DNA of 62,994 nucleotides, filler included, from Octopus bimaculoides (Eukaryota), in assembly GCF_001194135.2 (NCBI RefSeq). It is 5 parts of 4 records of this genome, joined end to end, with 100 filler letters (N's around TTAATTAATTAA, not from the genome) between each part and the next. Parts side by side here need not be neighbours in the genome. Positions count along the whole stretch, not along the records: positions 15,585 to 37,754 come from NC_068997.1; 4 more parts are not named here. One strand, 5' to 3'. The first letter of the stretch is position 1; each line of letters starts with the position of its first letter. The notes below the pieces were generated by a model. It was not told the origin of the DNA and ran no database searches. It saw nothing but the letters and a program-made list of their open reading frames with translations. Shown here in pieces: positions 22,996 through 35,560 of this stretch. The position numbers and the translations under genes were made by a program.

Positions 22996-23395
22996 ATGCA
23001 TCCCGTTTTAAGAAATACAATTGTGTCCTGCTGAAATATATATTTTATTCTAATCTACATGAAATCAATTAATTTTATGCAGTAAAATTGCATAATATTA
23101 CGAATACACACAGCTTTCACTGGTCTCATATTGTCGGTGCGTCCTGGGTAGCTTGCAGATGTGGGTAATGGCTAGGGGGCGTTTTTTTTTGTTTTGTTTT
23201 TTTGCAGTACATGGACAATCTACAACTGATTTCCGACCCGTGTTATTACAGATCAATCCGTGATGAGCGTAACATGCATCCAGTTTTTTAGAAACACTAC
23301 TGTCCTGATAAAATTTATGCTTATTTTAATCTATATAAAATCAAATAATTTTATCCAGTAAAACTATATAATATTGTGAATACACACAGGTTTCA
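22996..23395 (+). repeat. Diverged direct repeat of about 124 bp (22996-23119 and 23274-23395)
   Basis: ATGCATCC.GTTTT.AGAAA.AC....GTCCTG ... AATCTA.AT.AAATCAA.TAATTTTAT.CAGTAAAA ... GAATACACACAG.TTTCA in both copies. Confidence 0.8.
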
Positions 23396-23904
23396 AAAAT
23401 GTCGTATCCCAAAAAGTATATTTCACTGTATAACTTTCATAGTTACTCATAACATCACATTAAACAATAGTTATAGCTTTTTGCTTATTGAGAGCTTTAG
23501 TGGCTTCCACTCAACAATACCTTATATATTTTAAGAAATATTCATATTTAAATCTCTAAATACTGCTAAAATTGAACCTGATATTACGTTTCACAATAGT
23601 TTTCAATGCAGAAATAAAAACAACATAAAATTTTCAACATCCTTATTTACATTAAAATATGTGTTTTACATTGGTTGTCTAAAGTACGTTCTATGGCTTG
23701 CAAATTTATGTTTTCATGTTGCCAGGATGTTTCCTATTCTAGAATTTGGGTCTTGGTGTGATATATAGTATTCTGTTTTATGAGTTACTCCTATGATGCA
23801 GCCATATATTATGTAACTAGTTGGAAATATGGTTTATGTCGTATATATGCTAAATGTGGTCTATAAGTTTTTACCGAATGCAGAATCTGTTGTACCTGAA
23901 CTTA

Positions 23905-24025
23905 TGTATTGTAGTACATCCATACCTTGTTTCTCATGGAGTTTGGGTCCAAAGCACACATTGATAAATGAAACCGTGATAAATGAATTCCTGATAAATG
24001 AATTCGTGATAAATGAATCATCACG
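23905..24025 (+). mobile_element. Possible Tigger/pogo-like terminal fragment with four tandem ~15-bp (GTGATAAATGAATTC) units
   Basis: The tandem GATAAATGAA units at about 23965-24020 are seen directly. The family assignment rests on resemblance to subterminal binding-site repeats. Confidence 0.3.
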
Positions 24026-24890
24026 CATTTTGTAAATAAAATTAACCCATTGATTCATTGAAACCAAGCTCGCGGCCCACAACAGTGAAGTTTCCATCGT
24101 CATGTATTTTCTTAATCTCTCCATCTCCCTGTTGAGAATACACTAATCTGCATTATTAGTTGGGATCAGATAACCACGTATTTTCCCTATTCCACTGGTC
24201 GCGTGATTGGTTCCAGTACATAAACCTGTATAAAAAAAATATACGCAGCTTCGAAGCATGGGTATATAAACAAAAGCTATAGTCAGTGCATTCTGGATAG
24301 CTCGAAATCAGTCCGTGATAAGCATAACATAGTTCACAATGGAGCGTACTGCATTATTCCGGATCAGTGATGAACGACGCAACATGTATTATGTTATAGT
24401 TTTGCACTAGAACCTGTTCGGTACTCGTGAACTAATATTTGCTTCAGTCGTAACATTTCCCGGCTTAAATCTTTTGTGAACGATAATGTAAAAGATCGAC
24501 TAAGAAGACATTTGATTATTGATACTTTGAATCTATGGGGACATTCGGTATCTCAGTAAATGAATAGACATTTATTTATAATAGTGGTGGAGTAAACTGA
24601 GGTGCATTATGCTCACCCTTATTTCAATTTACGAATAGGATGTTGATGTGATCTCAATCTTTGCTAGAGTTATGATATATTAATAAATATAAGGTGGATT
24701 TAATTTCAAGATTAACTTTATGCTTCTTCTACCTATTTGTCTCAATGATTATGTCATCGGCATACTTGATATAGATGTTTAGGAATACCTTACTTTTCAT
24801 ATTTGTATGTATGCAAATATTATTTGATATATATGTGTGTGTACAAGTATAGGTATGTATCTATATGCACATATATATATATATACATAT

Positions 24891-24925
<35 letters not shown>

Positions 24926-26104
24926 NNNNNNNNNNNNNNNNNNNNNNNNNNNNNNNNNNNNNNNNNNNNNNNNNNNNNNNNNNNNNNNNNNNNNNNNNNN
25001 NNNNNNNNNNNNNNNNNNNNNNNNNNNNNNNNNNNNNNNNNNNNNNNNNNNNNNNNNNNNNNNNNNNNNNNNNNNNNNNNNNNNNNNNNNNNNNNNNNNN
25101 NNNNNNNNNNNNNNNNNNNNNNNNNNNNNNNNNNNNNNNNNNNNNNNNNNNNNNNNNNNNNNNNNNNNNNNNNNNNNNNNNNNNNNNNNNNNNNNNNNNN
25201 NNNNNNNNNNNNNNNNNNNNNNNNNNNNNNNNNNNNNNNNNNNNNNNNNNNNNNNNNNNNNNNNNNNNNNNNNNNNNNNNNNNNNNNNNNNNNNNNNNNN
25301 NNNNNNNNNNNNNNNNNNNNNNNNNNNNNNNNNNNNNNNNNNNNNNNNNNNNNNNNNNNNNNNNNNNNNNNNNNNNNNNNNNNNNNNNNNNNNNNNNNNN
25401 NNNNNNNNNNNNNNNNNNNNNNNNNNNNNNNNNNNNNNNNNNNNNNNNNNNNNNNNNNNNNNNNNNNNNNNNNNNNNNNNNNNNNNNNNNNNNNNNNNNN
25501 NNNNNNNNNNNNNNNNNNNNNNNNNNNNNNNNNNNNNNNNNNNNNNNNNNNNNNNNNNNNNNNNNNNNNNNNNNNNNNNNNNNNNNNNNNNNNNNNNNNN
25601 NNNNNNNNNNNNNNNNNNNNNNNNNNNNNNATATATATATATATATATAATATATATGTATGTATGTGATGTGTGTGTATAAATACACACACAGATCGAT
25701 CAACATTTTGACCAAGATTTCTTCCTATCGATCTATTGTAGCCAAATTAATTGAAGTGTTTATCTATCGATCTCTCTGTAAATATGATTATCGATTTAAC
25801 AATTTCTTTTATCGATTAATCAGATGAAATTAATTATTCATAAATCTAAGCACTTTTACAAGTAAAAACAGTACACGTAAAACATACACACACACGCACA
25901 CGTAGACAAAAATACATACGTAAACATACACACAAATACGCGCACATATACATACACAAATGCGAGCGAGCGCGCACACATACATACACACACATACGCA
26001 CATATCTCCCACACACATTAGCAATTATTTAAAATTTTATTTTATAAAAAGATATTGTAGAATAAGGGTAATGAGAATGGTAGAACCAGGAAGAGGTTCC
26101 CGGT

Positions 26105-26374
26105 AAATGGGTGCAGGCTTAGGTGTGTTCACTTCGCGACCACCTGTTTCCGGGTTCTAAGGATTTAGGTTCAATTTTGTTGCCCAGCATTTCGGGTAAG
26201 TATCTCCTATCATAACCTTGGGGGTAACTAATCTAGTACCTACTGAGTGGAAATTGGTAGACAGAAACTGTGTTGAAGCTCCCTTAAGTTACGGAAATGT
26301 AAACACAATAACATCGGTTGCCAGGCGATGGTGAGTGGGGACAAACACAGACACAAAGACACACACATAAATAC

Positions 26375-26432
<58 letters not shown>

Positions 26433-26560
26433 TACGACGGGCTTCTTTCAGTTTCAGTCCGAGGCTATAGTAGAAGACACTTGCCCAAGGTGCCACGCAG
26501 TGGGACTAAACATGGTACGATATTATTGGGAAGCAAGCTTCTTACTACACAGTTACCCCT
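26105..26560. mobile_element. Converging SINE A fragments: diverged head 26105-26280(+) and internally deleted copy 26284-26560(-)
   Basis: GAGTGGAAATTGGTAGACAGAAACTG on plus. GACGGGCTTCTTTCAGTTTC..CCGAGGCTATAGTAGAAGACACTTGCCCAAGG on minus. Confidence 0.8.
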
Positions 26561-26574
26561 ATAAATATATGTAG

Positions 26575-26607
<33 letters not shown>

Positions 26608-27524
26608 TTTTTATTATATCCACACAGGGCTAAATACAGAAAATGGACAAATTACAAAGTAGAGCTTTTCTTGGGGGGGGGATAATTTCGATCAAAAGGG
26701 ATCGCGGAAAAAAAGGNNNNNNNNNNNNNNNNNNNNNNNNNNNNNNNNNNNNNNNNNNNNNNNNNNNNNNNNNNNNNNNNNNNNNNNNNNNNNNNNNNNN
26801 NNNNNNNNNNNNNNNNNNNNNNNNNNNNNNNNNNNNNNNNNNNNNNNNNNNNNNNNNNNNNNNNNNNNNNNNNNNNNNNNNNNNNNNNNNNNNNNNNNNN
26901 NNNNNNNNNNNNNNNNNNNNNNNNNNNNNNNNNNNNNNNNNNNNNNNNNNNNNNNNNNNNNNNNNNNNNNNNNNNNNNNNNNNNNNNNNNNNNNNNNNNN
27001 NNNNNNNNNNNNNNNNNNNNNNNNNNNNNNNNNNNNNNNNNNNNNNNNNNNNNNNNNNNNNNNNNNNNNNNNNNNNNNNNNNNNNNNNNNNNNNNNNNNN
27101 NNNNNNNNNNNNNNNNNNNNNNNNNNNNNNNNNNNNNNNNNNNNNNNNNNNNNNNNNNNNNNNNNNNNNNNNNNNNNNNNNNNNNNNNNNNNNNNNNNNN
27201 NNNNNNNNNNNNNNNNNNNNNNNNNNNNNNNNNNNNNNNNNNNNNNNNNNNNNNNNNNNNNNNNNNNNNNNNNNNNNNNNNNNNNNNNNNNNNNNNNNNN
27301 NNNNNNNNNNNNNNNNNNNNNNNNNNNNNNNNNNNNNNNNNNNNNNNNNNNNNNNNNNNNNNNNNNNNNNNNNNNNNNNNNNNNNNNNNNNNNNNNNNNN
27401 NNNNNNNNNNNNNNNNNNNNNNNNNNNNNNNNNNNNNNNNNNNNNNNNNNNNNNNNNNNNNNNNNNNNNNNNNNNNNNNNNNNNNNNNNNNNNNNNNNNN
27501 NNNNNNNNNNNNNNNNNNNNNNNN

Positions 27525-27586
<62 letters not shown>

Positions 27587-27834
27587 ACTCAATCTCTCTC
27601 TCTCTCTCTCACACTCACTTTCTCTTTCGTTCTGTCGATCAATCCACTTATCTATCTTTTAATCCATCTACGCACATACCTATTCCTATCAGTTTTTCTT
27701 TCTTTCCTCTTCACACACATACAAAAAACACACACATACATACACACACTGTTACATACACAACCACACATAGTCATATATACGCAGAGTAGTCGTCTTT
27801 TGTCTCCTGATCTATCTATCTATCTATCTATCTG

Positions 27835-27872
<38 letters not shown>

Positions 27873-28042
27873 AATCTATCTATCTATCTATCTGTCTGAC
27901 TATCTGTCTGTCAGTCTTCTGCCTTGTCTATTCATTTTCTATCTGTTTGCTTCTCTCTGTCTCCGTTTCTCTCTCTCTCCCTCAATATGTTTATATATAT
28001 ATATATACGTATGTATGTATGTGTGTATATATATATAAATAC

Positions 28043-28079
<37 letters not shown>

Positions 28080-28959
28080 NNNNNNNNNNNNNNNNNNNNN
28101 NNNNNNNNNNNNNNNNNNNNNNNNNNNNNNNNNNNNNNNNNNNNNNNNNNNNNNNNNNNNNNNNNNNNNNNNNNNNNNNNNNNNNNNNNNNNNNNNNNNN
28201 NNNNNNNNNNNNNNNNNNNNNNNNNNNNNNNNNNNNNNNNNNNNNNNNNNNNNNNNNNNNNNNNNNNNNNNNNNNNNNNNNNNNNNNNNNNNNNNNNNNN
28301 NNNNNNNNNNNNNNNNNNNNNNNNNNNNNNNNNNNNNNNNNNNNNNNNNNNNNNNNNNNNNNNNNNNNNNNNNNNNNNNNNNNNNNNNNNNNNNNNNNNN
28401 NNNNNNNNNNNNNNNNNNNNNNNNNNNNNNNNNNNNNNNNNNNNNNNNNNNNNNNNNNNNNNNNNNNNNNNNNNNNNNNNNNNNNNNNNNNNNNNNNNNN
28501 NNNNNNNNNNNNNNNNNNNNNNNNNNNNNNNNNNNNNNNNNNNNNNNNNNNNNNNNNNNNNNNNNNNNNNNNNNNNNNNNNNNNNNNNNNNNNNNNNNNN
28601 NNNNNNNNNNNNNNNNNNNNNNNNNNNNNNNNNNNNNNNNNNNNNNNNNNNNNNNNNNNNNNNNNNNNNNNNNNNNNNNNNNNNNNNNNNNNNNNNNNNN
28701 NNNNNNNNNNNNNNNNNNNNNNNNNNNNNNNNNNNNNNNNNNNNNNNNNNNNNNNNNNNNNNNNNNNNNNNNNNNNNNNNNNNNNNNNNNNNNNNNNNNN
28801 NNNNNNNNNNNNNNNNNNNNNNNNNNNNNNNNNNNNNNNNNNNNNNNNNNNNNNNNNNNNNNNNNNNNNNNNNNNNNNNNNNNNNNNNNNNNNNNNNNNN
28901 NNNNNNNNNNNNNNNNNNNNNNNNNNNNNNNNNNNNNNNNNNNNNNNNNNNNNNNNNNN

Positions 28960-28996
<37 letters not shown>

Positions 28997-29223
28997 GTAT
29001 GTATGTATGTATGTATCTATAATGACATTCTCTCTGGCTATTTAATTCAGATTTAGTCTCAGTGACTCAACAGAAGGCAGAGGGAGCGACAGAGAGGGAA
29101 AAAAAATATTTTATTGCCCATAAAATTAATTTTATAGTCCAAGATATGATTCTGGCGACTAATTAAATTAACTGTTACTTAGTAACACATTCGGCATTTT
29201 GATCCTAGATTAAGAACTGAAAT

Positions 29224-29224
<1 letters not shown>

Positions 29225-29303
<79 letters not shown>

Positions 29304-29345
29304 CGATGACGATGGCGATGATGATGATGATGATGATGATGATTT
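29225..29345. repeat. (TAA)n/(GAT)n microsatellite
   Basis: Direct inspection. Confidence 0.95.
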
Positions 29346-29825
29346 TGTAGCTATGAACAATTTGAGTTCATTTCTATTCCTGTAGTTGATACTTTCCATT
29401 GGAGATCGGGATCGGGGTGTGGGGTACACCATCCACCCGCCACACAAGAGACAAAACGTTATGTTTCTACAAGGATATTTTCGTAGACGATGTGTTAAGT
29501 GTTATTCATGGACATCTCAAATATGTTTCCACAACCCCAAAATTCCTTTCTATATCATAATGTCTGTCAAATGATTCTGAGACAGCTTTTGCCTTTTTAA
29601 TGTCGTTGATCCCTGATAATTGCTTAATGGATCTTAGATATAAATATAGAATTGTTATTTTTATTTTAAATAGAGGTTTGGCGAAGTGCTAAACACGTTT
29701 TTGATGTTTAGCTCAACATATTGTGAACGTTTTGAGCTTACGAATCTTTTTTGTTATATTTTTTGTCTTTGTTCGTTTTGCGGATATCTTTTTATTTTAA
29801 ATTATTTTTATTATATATATTTATT

Positions 29826-30125
29826 GGAGGCGCAATGGCCCAGTGGTTGGGGCAGCGGACTCGCGGTTTCGATTCCCAGACCAGGCATTGTGTGTGTTTA
29901 CTGAGCGAAAACACCTAAAGCTCCACGAGGCTCCGGCAGGGGGTGGGGGTGGCGACCCCTGTTGTACTCTTTCGCCCCAACTTTCTCTCACTCTTTCTTC
30001 CTGTTTCTTGAGTAACGCTGCGATGGACTGGCGTCTCGTCCAGCTGGTGGGGGGGGGGATACACATACGCCATAGAAACCGGGAAACCGGGCCCATGAGC
30101 CTGGCTAGGCTTTAAAAGGGCGCAT
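29826..30125 (+). mobile_element. tRNA-derived SINE (C-related), near full length
   Basis: TGGCCCAGTGG A-box and GGTTTCGATTCC B-box. The 3' blocks GCGATGGACTGGCGTCTCGTCCAG and AGAAACCGGGAAACC are shared with 1490-1510 and 37115-37190. Confidence 0.75.
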
Positions 30126-30154
30126 AAAAAATATATATTTTAAGGCAACGATTT

Positions 30155-30362
30155 AATAGAATCGTCAGTGCGTCAGACAAAAATGCAAAGCGGCATTTCT
30201 TCCGGCTCTTTCTATTCTATTTTCAAATTCCGCCAAGGTCAACTTGGCTTTTCATCCTTTCGAGATTAACAAAATACAGTACCAGTCAATTAATGGGGTC
30301 GATGTAATCGACCACCCACCTTACAATTACTGGAGGTGTGCCGAAATTTGAAACCATTATTA
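30155..30362 (+). mobile_element. SINE B, diverged
   Basis: CAAATTCCGCCAAGGTCAAC..TTTCATCCTTTCG ... GGGGTCGATGTAATCGAC ... AAATTTGAAACCATTATT. Confidence 0.8.
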
Positions 30363-30992
30363 TTACTTTTCTTACTTTTGTTTCCTCATCTTAAGCTATA
30401 GTAAGCTTTTTGAATATTCCTTACTATGAGAACAGTTTCAAACCCAGCACCAAAGTTTCAAACTTTTTCAATGATATGATAACTACACTCACCTTCTCCT
30501 CCCACACTTAACGACGCAATATTTAAAAATGAGTCTGACTCCACTCACTGAATTTACATACATTCCCAACCCTTGTTATCTGGAAGATCCCAAACACATG
30601 ACGTGGCGCCCCTATAACGTCAAACTCCAGACAACTTCACAGCTTCCATGAGATGCCGTTTCCTTCCTGACGACCTTGTAAATTTTGGGTCGCTCTAAAT
30701 ATTTTCACATACCCTACCACTCTTTCGTTTTGACAGATCCCAAAAACACGACGAGGCGCTCCTTACTAAGTGATACTCCAGGCGGCACCTCGCGTTGCTG
30801 TTAATCTCAGTTGGCTCCGCAAATATCGTGCTGGGATCTAATCGATTCTATATGAACCTCAACCTTGAATTGAAGTATTGTGCTTACGTTTGAAACATTT
30901 ACCGTATTTTATGACATTTGCATTATTTTCCCTCCAAAAAATCTCTCAAAACAATCACACCGGCTTCTATTTGCAAAGTTGAGCCTATCTTG

Positions 30993-31426
30993 GGGTTCAA
31001 ATTTTGGCACAAGGCCAGCAATTCTGAGGAAGGGGATGAGTCGTTTGCGTCGACCCCAGTACTCAACTGGTACTTATTTGATCGACTTCGAAAGGATGAA
31101 AGGCAAAGTTGAACTCAGAACGTAATGGCGGAAGAAATGCTACCGCCGCGGTAACAATTCTGCGAGCTCGCCGCTTTAAATTTGAGCCTATATTAATTAA
31201 CATGCTTCAACAAGGGGGCGAGCTGGCAGAATCGTTAGCACGCCGGGCGAAATGCTTAGGGGTATTTCATCTGCTGCTACATTCTAAGTTCAAATGCCAC
31301 TGAGGTCGATTTTACCTTTCATCCTTTCAGATTCGACAAAATAAGAACCAGTTGAACACTGGGGTCGATGTAATTGACTTACCCCTCTCCAAAATGGCTG
31401 ACCTTGTGGCAAAATTTGAAACCATA
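30993..31426. mobile_element. Head-to-head SINE B pair: 30993-31178(-) and 31210-31426(+)
   Basis: Mirror-image B blocks (GAGCTCGCC / GGCGAGCTG) separated by about 30 bp. Confidence 0.88.
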
Positions 31427-32186
31427 TAAATGCACCAAAAACATTTTCTCCCCTAAATGTCCGTTGCTAAAATTGAGGTGCATCTAATATGCCCATGCAT
31501 CTTTTATGGCAACGGTCCTAAACTCATTTGCACCACAGACCAGCTTCACAGAAAACCGGTTTCACGGACGGGGGAGGTCACGTGCATAACAAAGCACAGT
31601 ACATTGAATAATATATAACTTAATTACTACATAAATAACACAATCCCCACCACCCACTGCAGACTGTGGTAGTCAATAAAATAGAAATATAGAAATAACA
31701 TTCTGAAATTTATTCTTTTTGTGATTCCAAGCCCGGTTCTGATCTGCGATTTGCTTTTTGAGGACACCTGTTTTATGGCATGAAACGCAGTAGATTTTTC
31801 TCTGAAGATAAAGCAAACGCACCCCCACCCCCACCCAAATACACACACACACACACACACACACATACACACAAGTATACTCGAATTATTTAGTTTTAGC
31901 GATTAATGTTCTGAGTTCAAATCCTGCTGCAGGTGAACTTTGCTTTCACCCCACATCAGTAAATGAATGAACTACCAGTAATATAACTGCGGACCAATTC
32001 AGTCAACCATCCTTGTTTCTTCATATAGCAGCGTAGGAAATGTAAGAAATCACGTGATTTCTATTTCGTTCCATTGCGCGGGAACTTGGGCAAGTATAGC
32101 ACTGGGCCTACGAATGCTTTGTTAGGGAACTTGACAGACGAAAGCTGTGTGGAAGCTCTATCTATCTTTCTATCTACCTATCTATC

Positions 32187-32217
<31 letters not shown>

Positions 32218-32274
32218 CTATCTATCTGTTTGTCTGTCTATCTATCTATCTATCTCTCGATCTATCTATCTATC

Positions 32275-32640
32275 TGAGTTCAGTGAGTTCAACTTCACTG
32301 CGTGACACCTTGAGTGAGTGCCTCCTACAATAGCCTCGAGCCGACCAAAGCCTTGTGAGTGTCATATATATATATATATATATTTATATATATTTATATA
32401 TATATATATATATATGTATATGACAGGTTTCTTTCAGTTTCCGTCTACCAAACCCACTCACTTGACAACCGTTGTTGGTGTATTTACGTCCCCCGTAACT
32501 TAGAGGTCCAGCATTAAAAACCGATAGAATACGTATCAGTCTGAAAGCATAAAAAGATTAAATACTGGGGGGTCAATTTCCCAGCATGGGCAGTGCCCCA
32601 GCATGACCGCAGTCTAATGACTGAAACAATTAAAAGATAA
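32275..32640 (+). mobile_element. SINE A copy with an internal inversion of about 100 bp (32362-32460)
   Basis: Head on plus ends at CCTTGTGAGTG. Then (TA)n and reversed GACAGGTTTCTTTCAGTTTCCGTCTACCAAACCCACTCA. Then the 3' half resumes on plus at CTTGACAACCG. Confidence 0.8.
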
Positions 32641-32797
32641 AATATAAAAGTTGCAATGCTGTTATCAGTCCGAATATGTTTGATGCACGTTCGAACTGGG
32701 GGACAAACTACTCACTGAATTTTGTCACGGAGAATATATCTCACTTGTTGACGAGATAGGTGCATATACACCTAGATCATCTCGCAGCGCCACTTAC

Positions 32798-32879
32798 CTG
32801 GACTGTGAGATGTTAACATTTCGGAGTAATGTTACAAGCACTAAGTAGACGGCACTGAGAGCTGAATTAAGCGCTCCCT
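32798..32879 (-). CDS. Candidate phase 1-2 exon (xGALNSALSAVYLVLVTLLRNVNISQS), product unknown
   Basis: Consensus donor CAG|GTAAGT and acceptor ATCCTTTATTTTCTACGAAG|. One open frame with a hydrophobic stretch. Confidence 0.25.
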
Positions 32880-33301
32880 CTTCGTAGAAAATAAAGGATC
32901 TGATAACTCTCTCAGCTATAATCATATTTAAACTATAGTAAACATGCACTATGTCCTGCCCTCCCATAAGCTATTATATATTTATATTTCTCATGAATCA
33001 TAAAACTAGCATTATTAATTCAATACTACAATGTGCTATATCTAACATCCCGTAGACTTCTATTTCTACCGCTACAAGCACCTCCGCCGTCTGTATAACC
33101 GTATTAACCATTCACAAAATGTGAAATGGCTTGCTAATATATACTCACTAATTCATCTCTCCTTTTCAGATCAAAATATTTAATACATTATAGCGTCATT
33201 ATTGGTTCAATATCATCAATACTTCGTTCCTAATATCTAAAATATTCTCATATAATCCGATGTTTCGGCACCTCATTTTCCTGATCAGTCACACAGAATT
33301 A

Positions 33302-33840
33302 CGCGGCCGATTGGTAGATTCGTTAGGGCGCCTAGGAAAGGCTGCTTGGAGATAATCGTCCCGGCGCTCAGTGCTCCGAGTTCAAATCCTGTCGAGATCG
33401 ACTTTGCATTTCATCTTTTCAGAGGTCGATGAACATGGTATCATTTATGTTTTGGAGTATATTACTATTATTTCACTCAGTCTTTCTTTTTATTTTTTTT
33501 ATTTGTCTCTTTCTGGAAGAAATCTGTTATTGAACTCAGAACATTAAAGACGGACGAAATGCCGCTAAGCATTTCACTCGGCGTGCTAACGATTCTACCA
33601 ACTCGCCGCTTTAACAACAGTAATAATCCTTTCTACTATAGGCACAAATCCTAAATTTTTTTTTATGGAGGGGGAATTACATCGACCCCAGTGTTTCACT
33701 GGTGCTTAATTTATCGACCCGGAAAGGATGAAAGGCAAAGTCGACCTCGGCGGAATTTGTACTGAGAACGTAAAGAAGAACGAGATGCTACTAAACATTT
33801 CGCCCGGTGTGCTGACGATTCTGCCAGCTCGCCACCTTAA
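33302..33840. mobile_element. SINE B cluster: 33302-33440(+, diverged), 33530-33612(-, partial), 33624-33840(-)
   Basis: B-family blocks, e.g. AAAGGATGAAAGGCAAAGTCGACCTCGGCGGAATTT at 33722-33758. Confidence 0.85.
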
Positions 33841-34509
33841 CAACAACAATAATAATTGCAAATGATGTAGTCCTAGATAGACAATGACGGAATTTTTAGA
33901 ATTTTTAGTCATATTTCTATTCGATCAGTACTTACTCGAAGCTAAACAACGACATCAGTAACAATGACAACAACGATGATAATTCTCTCACACTTGGGAG
34001 ACGTTAGACACAAACCAATATCAGATTTATAAATATTCTATTTATAAACATTCTATTTCATTGAAAGACCTCACACATACACCCGCGCGCACGCACGCAC
34101 ACACACACACAGACGACAAGAGAGAAAGGGCAGGAGATTGGGAGTTAGAGATGGGGGGAAGGAAAGATGAGGAAGAAAGATTCAGAAAATTCTAAATAAG
34201 AGCAAATATTGACACTCTTGATAAGTGATTTCCAAGAGAACACCAGTTGTTATAATTGTACACTTATATTTTGTTTGATAACGGAGTCTTCATTGAATTA
34301 TTTATTTCTACAAATACATTTTTTTTTTGTCTCTTGTTTGAGCGAAGCTATCGATAAATTATAGCGAAGGCGCATGAGCCTAGTGGTTAAGATATTCAGA
34401 GCAATCATCATTAAAAATCGTGGATTCAATTCTTGAAGCATGCGTTATGTCGTTGAATAAGGCTGTAAAGAGTGCTGTCTGGGTACTGGTACATCCCCTC
34501 TTCTTTCTT

Positions 34510-34559
<50 letters not shown>

Positions 34560-35294
34560 CAACCATCACTGCTTCCTATCGATCAATTAAGTCAACGGTG
34601 AAGTGCCTTAGAGGCTGTCTCCATAGGCATCTAAAACAATAAGAGAGAGAGTGCTCCATGTTACCAAGCCATACTCGCTCGCGAGTGACGGTCGGTTGTA
34701 CTTTTTACTGTCTGTAAACTGTAGTTAGAAAAAGAAAAAAGAAACATGGTATATATATAACATTAAAGTTTCACATCTGTAATACAATGAGTTGAAAATG
34801 TTCAATTAACGGAGATTATCTATGCAACTAGTAGACAGAAACTCACTCTAGTGATGTTTAAAATCTTCAAACAACAATCAAACGAGATCACTCAAATAAT
34901 ATTAGACAAACGTAATTTTTGGAAACAAAAATAAAAATTCAAATCAGATTAAAGCTTTCTCTTGAGGTATATTTTGTTAACTAGTTATAAAGATGATCTC
35001 AGTTAATCGAAATTTTGCAGGGCACTCCATTACATGTATGAGACACTAAGTGTGTTTGTTATGCAAGATCCTCCTTAGTGACAATTTCTAACAACACTAT
35101 AATAGAAAGACCACAAGACCTATTACCGAATAAAATGTGATCGATCTAGTTAATATCTACTCTTCTTAGTATTCATCAATGAAAGGACATTCAATTTTTT
35201 TGTTCATGGTACATTTAGTTAATTACAGCTTTTTATAGTATATACAAACAGATCAGAATATAAACATCTATAAGATACAAAATCATCTATGAAC

Positions 35295-35560
35295 AGAAGA
35301 TTCTTTCCCTGATGAAGTTCTAATAAATCTAGAAACTATCTCAGTGAATCCTACGCTTTACTTCATGAAAATTTTATGTGTTTATTAAATTCGTCAGGTG
35401 GGACTGAACCCGGAACCAGGTCGGGGAGAAGCAATAAAGGACTATGGACCATGGGAAGCTATAAAGGAATATGAGTTTCGAATTTCTGAAGAGAAATGGG
35501 CATTCTTTCTCTGATGAAGCGTTAAACATCTAGAAACTGATCAGATGAATTTCTTCATAT
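35295..35560 (+). ncRNA. Two degenerate hammerhead-like motifs in a 202-bp-spaced direct repeat (CTGATGA at 35309 and 35511)
   Basis: ATTCTTTC.CTGATGAAG....TAA...ATCTAGAAACT in both copies. The CUGAUGA and GAAAC core is present but stem II is poorly paired. Confidence 0.4.

Noticed and set aside
23960-24022. Short regularly spaced repeats considered as a CRISPR-like array
   Set aside because: The units abut without unique spacers, the context is eukaryotic, and there are no cas genes.
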